NCBI GenBank assembly: GCA_965263035.1
Contig: OZ253580.1
Location: 544,001 to 608,000 of the forward strand
DNA length: 64,000 bases
Direction of reading: 5' to 3'
DNA from: Acidobacteriota bacterium
GTDB lineage: Bacteria; Acidobacteriota; UBA6911; RPQK01; JAJDTT01
The notes beneath the pieces were generated by a model, which saw only the letters and a list, made by a program, of their open reading frames with translations, had not been told where the DNA came from and ran no database searches. Of this stretch, positions 58,247 to 64,000 are shown in pieces; position 1 is the stretch's first letter; each line of letters opens with the position of its first letter. A program made the translations under genes and the position numbers.

Positions 58247-59998
58247 ATGAGAACGCCGCTGGCCCGCCTTTCACGAAACAGGCGGCTTTTCGCCAATTGG
58301 TTTGTCCGGCGCGGCGAGATGGCGCTGGCGATGTTTCGCCGGACTATTCGGGACCGCCCCTGGGAATGGAGTCCTTCGGATCCGAGGCGAAAAGGCCATC
58401 ACCTGTTGGACGGCTGGCGACTCCGGCTCTCCCGCGCCGGAGTCCTGGGACTCTTGGCGGCAATCTCCATCGGTCTCGCCCTTTGGGTCGGAACCGGGTC
58501 GAAACCGGCGCTACCCTCCCAGACGGCGCCCGCTGCAGTTGAAGCGGACGCCGGCCCGCCTCCGGCCGCCCCAAGTTATCAGCCGGAGATTGCCGAAAGC
58601 ACGCGCCGGCCCGATCCCGACCTGACGCGGAAGATCGACGCCCTGCTGGACAGCAAGCGGTACCGCCGGGCCTCGTGGGGAGTCGATGTGCGCTACGTCG
58701 ACGGAGGAGCCGTTCTCTATTCCCGGAATCCCCTGAAGTACTTCATTCCGGCCAGCAACATGAAGGTCTTCACGACGACGGCGATTCTGGACCGTCTGGG
58801 GCCCAACTTCCGATTCGAGACCCGCCTCGGCTACGAGGGGCAACTCCAGGAAAACGGGGTTCTGACCGGAGACCTGGTCCTGATCGGGGGAGGAGATCCC
58901 GGCTTGGCCAACAATCTGGGTTCCGGACACATTTTCCAACATCTGGACAACATGGCCCGGGAGGTGGAACGGGCCGGCATCCGCCTGATCCAAGGGGACG
59001 TGGTAGGCGACGACTCCTTCTTTTCCTATGCACCCCACGGGCGAGGATGGAACAAGAAGGACCTGGAATACCACTACGCCCCTCGAGTCTCCGCCCTATC
59101 CTTCTATGACAACCTCCTGAATCTGGTGGCCCGTCCCGGCAGACGGACCGGACAGCCCATCCGTCTTTCCAGCTACCCGTCCAACTCCCTTTTTCAACTG
59201 GTCAACATGGGCACGACCGTCGCGGATGGTCCGCAGGCCACTGGGTACCTCTACCGATCCCTGGGAAATCACAAGGCGGTCATCGGTGGCCAAATCCCCG
59301 TCAACAGTCCAGGCTGGACTCGCCGGATCACGATGGAGGATCCCGCCCTGTATACGGCAACACTCTTGAGGGACCGTCTTCGCAAGCGGGGTATTCGGGT
59401 CGGAGGCTCGGTCCGCTCCCGTCACATCGCGCCCACAGACGGCATGGAAACGAAGGGAATCTACGTCCACGAGTCCCCGCCTCTGATCGAAGTCATCTTT
59501 CGGGTCAATAAGGAGAGTCACAATCTCTACGCCGAGATCCTGCTCCGGACCCTGGGCGCCGTCGTCAAGGGCCGAGGCAGCGATTCGGGTGGACTGGAAG
59601 TGGTTTACGAACTGCTTCGGGAAGCGGGGGTCCCCTTGCGCCTCACCGACCTTCAGGACGGGTCCGGGCTTTCGGAGCAGAACCTGATCACACCCCGGGC
59701 GCAATCGCTGTTACTTCGGCACGTAGCGGGAAAGTCCTTCTTCCCCTTCTTCCTGGGGAGCTTGCCCGTTGCCGGCAGGAACGGCACGCTCAGAGGGCGA
59801 ATGGGGGGAACGCCCGCAGCCAACCGCGTCTTCGCCAAGACCGGGACCCTTTCCAATGCCATCACCCTGGGCGGCTATGTCCAGTCCCGATCCTCGGAAC
59901 TGTTGGCCTTTTCCATCCTGGTCAACGACCACCGCTTCGGCCACTACAACGCCCGCCGCGGAATCGACCAGATCTGCAGCCTTCTGGCCAAGCGTTGA
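58247..59998 (+). CDS. dacB: D-alanyl-D-alanine carboxypeptidase/endopeptidase (PBP4, peptidase S13)
   Basis: PASNMK (SxxK), SHN (SxN), DGSGLS and AKTGTL (KTG); start uncertain (58247 or 58319). Confidence 0.9.
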   Translation: MRTPLARLSRNRRLFANWFVRRGEMALAMFRRTIRDRPWEWSPSDPRRKGHHLLDGWRLRLSRAGVLGLLAAISIGLALWVGTGSKPALPSQTAPAAVEADAGPPPAAPSYQPEIAESTRRPDPDLTRKIDALLDSKRYRRASWGVDVRYVDGGAVLYSRNPLKYFIPASNMKVFTTTAILDRLGPNFRFETRLGYEGQLQENGVLTGDLVLIGGGDPGLANNLGSGHIFQHLDNMAREVERAGIRLIQGDVVGDDSFFSYAPHGRGWNKKDLEYHYAPRVSALSFYDNLLNLVARPGRRTGQPIRLSSYPSNSLFQLVNMGTTVADGPQATGYLYRSLGNHKAVIGGQIPVNSPGWTRRITMEDPALYTATLLRDRLRKRGIRVGGSVRSRHIAPTDGMETKGIYVHESPPLIEVIFRVNKESHNLYAEILLRTLGAVVKGRGSDSGGLEVVYELLREAGVPLRLTDLQDGSGLSEQNLITPRAQSLLLRHVAGKSFFPFFLGSLPVAGRNGTLRGRMGGTPAANRVFAKTGTLSNAITLGGYVQSRSSELLAFSILVNDHRFGHYNARRGIDQICSLLAKR

Positions 59999-60129
59999 GG
60001 AATTCCCGCCACATCGCGACGGCAAGCCATGAAGACATTGGGAGAAACTCTGGCAGGGGCGACTCTTGTGGGCACCCGAATACTATCGTGAGGGGGATGC
60101 AGCACCGGTCGAATGCCCCGATAACCATG

Positions 60130-60163
60130 GGCAAAGTGCAGCCAATATCGGCTGCACTTTGCC
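60130..60163. terminator. Perfect 14-bp hairpin between convergent dacB and mazF
   Basis: GGCAAAGTGCAGCC-AATATC-GGCTGCACTTTGCC. Confidence 0.6.
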
Positions 60164-60240
60164 GCTGATCAGGGCTCGTCCTCATGGCGCCTGTGCGGCA
60201 TAGGTGCCAAACTCCTCCGGTGGAGTGTTTGCCCTGACCC

Positions 60241-60588
60241 TCACAGATCGAGATGCAGACGGAGAGCGTTGTCGATCTCGTTCATAAGCTGCAACGCTAC
60301 TCGACCGATGCGAGCTTGGAGGCGTTCTACAGCGACGGCCCGAACCTGTTCCGCCTGGGCCTTCGAGTCACGTCGCAGACCACAGGCACGGGCGTGTAGT
60401 CGGACCTGAAACGGGTACACCTTGCTTACATTGCCGGTCACGGGAACCACGGTAACGACTCCACGTCCCAGGGCGGCTGCACTCTGGTTGGCTCCGTTGT
60501 TGCTCACGACCACCGCTGGTCGGCGATAGGCCGCCTCGGCGCCTGCGGGGATGCTGAAGTCAACTGTCCAGATATCGCCCCGACGCAA
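60241..60588 (-). CDS. mazF: MazF/PemK family endoribonuclease toxin
   Basis: RRGDIWTV, RPAVVVSNN, VVPVT and SKAQAEQVRAV motifs; probable TTG start at 60588. Confidence 0.9.
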   Translation of the reverse strand: MRRGDIWTVDFSIPAGAEAAYRRPAVVVSNNGANQSAAALGRGVVTVVPVTGNVSKVYPFQVRLHARACGLRRDSKAQAEQVRAVAVERLQARIGRVALQLMNEIDNALRLHLDL

Positions 60589-60602
60589 CTGTTCCAATCG
60601 GT

Positions 60603-60824
60603 TCAAGGTTTCAATCCGTCGGTGGCTGAACGTTCCCATGCATCAGCGTCGTCATCGGCATTCCATTCCTCCCACGCGGCCGCGTAATCGCGGGCGAGAT
60701 CCATGGTACGCAATAGATGCAGGGCTGTCCGCACCACTGCGGACCGCGACTTGATGCCTTGTGCGCGGGCATAGTGGTCAACGAAGCCGACGTCTTCTTC
60801 CCGAAGGCTGATGCTGAGTTTCAT
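60603..60824 (-). CDS. mazE: RHH antitoxin (MazE-like)
   Basis: MKLSISL strand, SRSAVV helix, acidic tail DYAAAWEEW; directly upstream of mazF. Confidence 0.85.
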   Translation of the reverse strand: MKLSISLREEDVGFVDHYARAQGIKSRSAVVRTALHLLRTMDLARDYAAAWEEWNADDDADAWERSATDGLKP

Positions 60825-60830
60825 CTCTCG

Positions 60831-60866
60831 ATACTACATAAAATACTACTGGATATGCTACTGGCT
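60831..60866. repeat. Three imperfect 12-bp direct repeats upstream of mazE, putative operator
   Basis: ATACTACATAAA, ATACTACTGGAT, ATGCTACTGGCT. Confidence 0.6.
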
Positions 60867-60977
60867 GTCTGTGGTCGGTTTCCATTTGGCACCCGAAGGT
60901 GGGGCCTGCCGTACGAGAACGTCTTGATCCTCTGAAAGCCTTGCATCCCGGCAGCGAGTGACTCCAAACTGCCCGCC

Positions 60978-62120
60978 TCATCGCCGTCCTCGATCAGACC
61001 GGAACCCACGTTCGATCGTTTCCCGGTAGAAGGATTCATAGAGAGGGGCGACCTGCTGGGCCGAATAGTTCTGGGCCCGCTCCCGGCATTGGATCCTGAG
61101 CTCTCGAAGCCGCCCTTCCTCGAGAAGGCTCACGGCCCCCCGGGCCATGCCGTCCACGTCACCCACCGGGTAGAGAAGGCCGGTCACCCCTTCCTGGATC
61201 AACTCCGGGACCCCGCCCACGCGTGTGGCTACCACCGGAACCCCGCAGGCCATGGCCTCCAGCGCCGCCAGCCCGAAGCTCTCGGTCTCGCTGGGAAGCA
61301 GCATGAGGTCGCAGACCGAAAGGTAGTTCTCGATGGCGTCCACCATGCCGACGAAGAAGACCGAGTCGCCGAGGCCCAGCTCGCTGGCCAGGTACTGGGC
61401 GTTGGATCGCTCGACGCCGTCGCCGATCATGAGCAGGACGGCCGGGATCTGCTGCCGGACACGGTGAAAGACGCGGACGACGTCGTCCACCCGCTTGACC
61501 GGCCGGAAATTGGAAAGGTGGACCAGGATCTTCTCGCCGCGGGGGGCAAACCGGCGATGAATCTCGGGCGAAAAGCGCCGCTGCATGCGGTCGACGTCCA
61601 CGAAGTTGGGAATCACCCGGATATCGCATTCGCTGCAGAATTCCCGGAGCGTCGCCTCCTTTAGGAAGTGGCTCACTGCAGTGACCCCGTCGCTCTGACG
61701 GAGCCCGAACTGGGTGACGGCCAGATAGGAATGGTCCCGGCCCACGAGCGTGATGTCGGTGCCGTGGAGCGTTGTGATCACCGGAACCCAGCGGGGATGA
61801 ATCATCTCCCGGGCCAGGTAGCCGCTGATGGCGTGGGGAATCGCATAGTGGACATGCAGCAGGTCCAGATTCTCCCGCTTGATCACCTCCACCATCTTGG
61901 TGGCCAGAGCCAGGTCGTAGGGAACGTATTCGAAAAGGGGGTAGGCCATGACTTCCACTTCATGGAAGAAGATGCGTTCCCCCAACTCCAGCAGGCGGCT
62001 GGGCATGGACGAGCTGATGATATGGACCCGGTGACCCCTCCGGGCCAGACACTGGGCCAATTCGGTCGCCACGATGCCGCTTCCGCCGTAGGTCGGGTAG
62101 CAGGTGATGCCGACGTTCAT
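60978..62120 (-). CDS. bshA: N-acetyl-alpha-D-glucosaminyl L-malate synthase
   Basis: [47 protein letters not shown] and [11 protein letters not shown] motifs. Confidence 0.93.
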   Translation of the reverse strand: MNVGITCYPTYGGSGIVATELAQCLARRGHRVHIISSSMPSRLLELGERIFFHEVEVMAYPLFEYVPYDLALATKMVEVIKRENLDLLHVHYAIPHAISGYLAREMIHPRWVPVITTLHGTDITLVGRDHSYLAVTQFGLRQSDGVTAVSHFLKEATLREFCSECDIRVIPNFVDVDRMQRRFSPEIHRRFAPRGEKILVHLSNFRPVKRVDDVVRVFHRVRQQIPAVLLMIGDGVERSNAQYLASELGLGDSVFFVGMVDAIENYLSVCDLMLLPSETESFGLAALEAMACGVPVVATRVGGVPELIQEGVTGLLYPVGDVDGMARGAVSLLEEGRLRELRIQCRERAQNYSAQQVAPLYESFYRETIERGFRSDRGRR

Positions 62121-62201
62121 GGCAATTCCGGCAGCAATTTGGTCAGGCCTGCCGCGAAAGGCGGCGGGGAGCGCGCCGGGATGAGCCCGGCCGTCCCGGG
62201 C

Positions 62202-63533
62202 TTAAACGATGTCGTCCACCTTGAACTGGATCTTTTCGAAAGCTTCCTCGGAGATGGCGCCGGTGCGGCCCGATTCCAGCTTTCGGGCCACGTAGCGATT
62301 CCCCTCGTGAGCAAACTGGAAGTTCCGGATCGACCCATCCTTCAGCTCGATCCGGACCCGGACCTGAGGCTGAGGAAGATCCGTCCCCGCCTTGACGGAA
62401 TCGGCGTCGATGGACTCGAACTTGATGTCGTCCATGGGGTACCAGAACTTGTAGGCCAGGGCCTCTTTATCCTTCTGCTGCTCCGGTTTTTCCAGGATCC
62501 ACTTGTAATCTTCACGGCGAGCATGGATCTCCTGGTCTCCGATCTTCACGACGACTGCCGCGATATCATCCTGGTCGACGTCGATGACGTCTTTGTCACG
62601 AAACTCCCACAAGTCCTGGACCAGCTTGTCCCGGATCTCCTTGCCGATGCTGAAGACGGGAGAACGAGCGGGATTGCGCGCCAGATACTGGTCCTCGGCT
62701 TCCTCGAATTCGTTGCCCAGCTCGAGGGTTTCCCACTGCTCCTGACCCTCCTGCTGGAAGCGGACCGACAACTGCGGTTTCTCCAACCCGTAGCGCCCCA
62801 GATCGATGCTCTCCTCGGAGACGTACCGCTTAGCCTCGGCGAGCTCCAGAGAGGACAGGAGACCGCTCACCGCACTCTGGTCGGCCGCCTCCTGAAGAGG
62901 CGATTCCAACATCCATTTGTCATCTTCCTTCTTGAGCCGGAGCTTCTCCGTAGCGCGCAAAATCTCGATGGTCGCGATCTTGTCCCGCTCCATGGAGATC
63001 ACTTTCTTGTCCCGCCAATCCATCAACTTCTTGTCGGCCGTGGTGAAGAGCTGGTCCGAGGCCAGGTGAACCTGGGACTCGCCTTCGACCTGGACGTACA
63101 CCTTGCTTCCCGTGAAGTCGTCGCCGCCCACGCTCAGGACCGTGCTCTCGTCACCCGCCTCGATCGTCAGCTTGAGACGGGGTTCGGCCAGGCCATACTC
63201 CTCGGGTCCCGCGCCCATCTCCACGAAAGTCCGGTCGATGCGTGCCGTCCCCAAGTCGCGAACCAGAGACTCGACGCTGGTCTTGTCGGCGGGCGCCTCC
63301 AGCGGCTCCTTGAGGGCCCAGCCCCCGCCGATCTTCTCCAGGAGAATCGAGTCCTGACCGGGCCGGTCCATCCTCACCGAACTGATCTGGTCCTGTTCCA
63401 GGCGCAGAAGGCTCTCCTCCCGATCCTTGGCCGCTTGGCGCGTTTTCTCGCCTTCGATCTCGTAGAAGTAGACCCAGAGGACCAGGGCCAGAAATGCAGC
63501 AAAAAGGATGCCGATCTTTTTCATGGTCATCAT
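62202..63533 (-). CDS. DUF4340 domain protein
   Basis: N-terminal TM segment then repeated modules (W..KEP..APAD, YGL..P..); follows a GldG-like gene; start 63533 or 63524. Confidence 0.8.
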   Translation of the reverse strand: MMTMKKIGILFAAFLALVLWVYFYEIEGEKTRQAAKDREESLLRLEQDQISSVRMDRPGQDSILLEKIGGGWALKEPLEAPADKTSVESLVRDLGTARIDRTFVEMGAGPEEYGLAEPRLKLTIEAGDESTVLSVGGDDFTGSKVYVQVEGESQVHLASDQLFTTADKKLMDWRDKKVISMERDKIATIEILRATEKLRLKKEDDKWMLESPLQEAADQSAVSGLLSSLELAEAKRYVSEESIDLGRYGLEKPQLSVRFQQEGQEQWETLELGNEFEEAEDQYLARNPARSPVFSIGKEIRDKLVQDLWEFRDKDVIDVDQDDIAAVVVKIGDQEIHARREDYKWILEKPEQQKDKEALAYKFWYPMDDIKFESIDADSVKAGTDLPQPQVRVRIELKDGSIRNFQFAHEGNRYVARKLESGRTGAISEEAFEKIQFKVDDIV

Positions 63534-63615
63534 CCGGAAACTGCTCGGGAGCCGTTCCCGTATCCGGAGCCACCCCTGGGAGGACACCGGGGCACGGCTC
63601 ACGGGCCGCCGAGCT

Positions 63616-64000
63616 TCATTTCCGCCTGAGCCACACCGCCATACCGAAGACCAGCGTCACCAGAGGCATGAGGATGACGGTGGCCCAGAACATCAGGGTC
63701 GATTCTCTCCGGGTCAGATTGACTCTGCGGTTCTCCGGATCTCTGGACTGGACCGCCACCAGATCCGCATCCTCCGCCAACCAGCTGACCGTCATCCGAA
63801 GGAAATCCCCATTGGCGGATGTGGTGGAGTAGGCATTGGTGGCGAAATCGGAATCGCCCACCAGGACGATGCGCGACTCGCGGGATTCGGCATCACTCGC
63901 TCCACCGGCCTCAGGGTCCGGTTCAGGAGCCGTCTCCCCGGCGCTGTCCTCGTCTCCGCCCTCTCCGTGGTGGGAAGACTCCTCTCCTCCCGGTTCACCC
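63616..64000 (-). CDS. GldG-family ABC-associated auxiliary protein, 3' part cut by the window edge
   Basis: RIVLVGDSDFATN, NGDFL..VSWLA and C-terminal TM ending WLRRK; frame open to the window end. Confidence 0.75.
   Translation of the reverse strand, partial: GEPGGEESSHHGEGGDEDSAGETAPEPDPEAGGASDAESRESRIVLVGDSDFATNAYSTTSANGDFLRMTVSWLAEDADLVAVQSRDPENRRVNLTRRESTLMFWATVILMPLVTLVFGMAVWLRRK

Noticed and set aside
1-64000. CRISPR array or cas genes
   Set aside because: No regularly spaced repeat-spacer series seen; the only RuvC protein is a transposon TnpB remnant

Overview
GC-rich bacterial chromosomal window. Gene content (LptD, PVC-type CxxCH dehydrogenase, BshA, GldG/DUF4340, many Tat-signal sugar enzymes) suggests Acidobacteriota or a PVC-like diderm; this taxonomy is inference only. 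Most of the window is housekeeping or catabolic: leuA/C/D, bcp, selD fusion, ychF, phoB/phoR-like pair, lptD-folK-lepB-dacB, bshA and tRNA-Glu(CTC). The main accessory feature is a tightly coupled four-gene DISARM-like operon (45941-53822, minus strand): DrmA-like helicase, DrmB/DUF1998, UvrD-like SF1 helicase, and a 535-aa unknown with a possibly degenerate ADP-ribosyltransferase-like N-terminus. No methylase, DrmC, DrmD or DrmE was seen. Other notable items: a 161-bp MITE in two full copies, both sitting on TAG stop codons, plus a third half-copy that supplies an in-frame ATG to a 5'-truncated tnpB; a perfect 17-bp inverted repeat that exactly brackets a dsbA-like gene; three tandem secreted paralogs with one hypervariable Gly-rich loop; two toxin-antitoxin loci; two single-base frameshifts; and a probable CTG start for folK. 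No CRISPR array or rRNA was seen. All family calls come from motif recognition by eye, not database searches.
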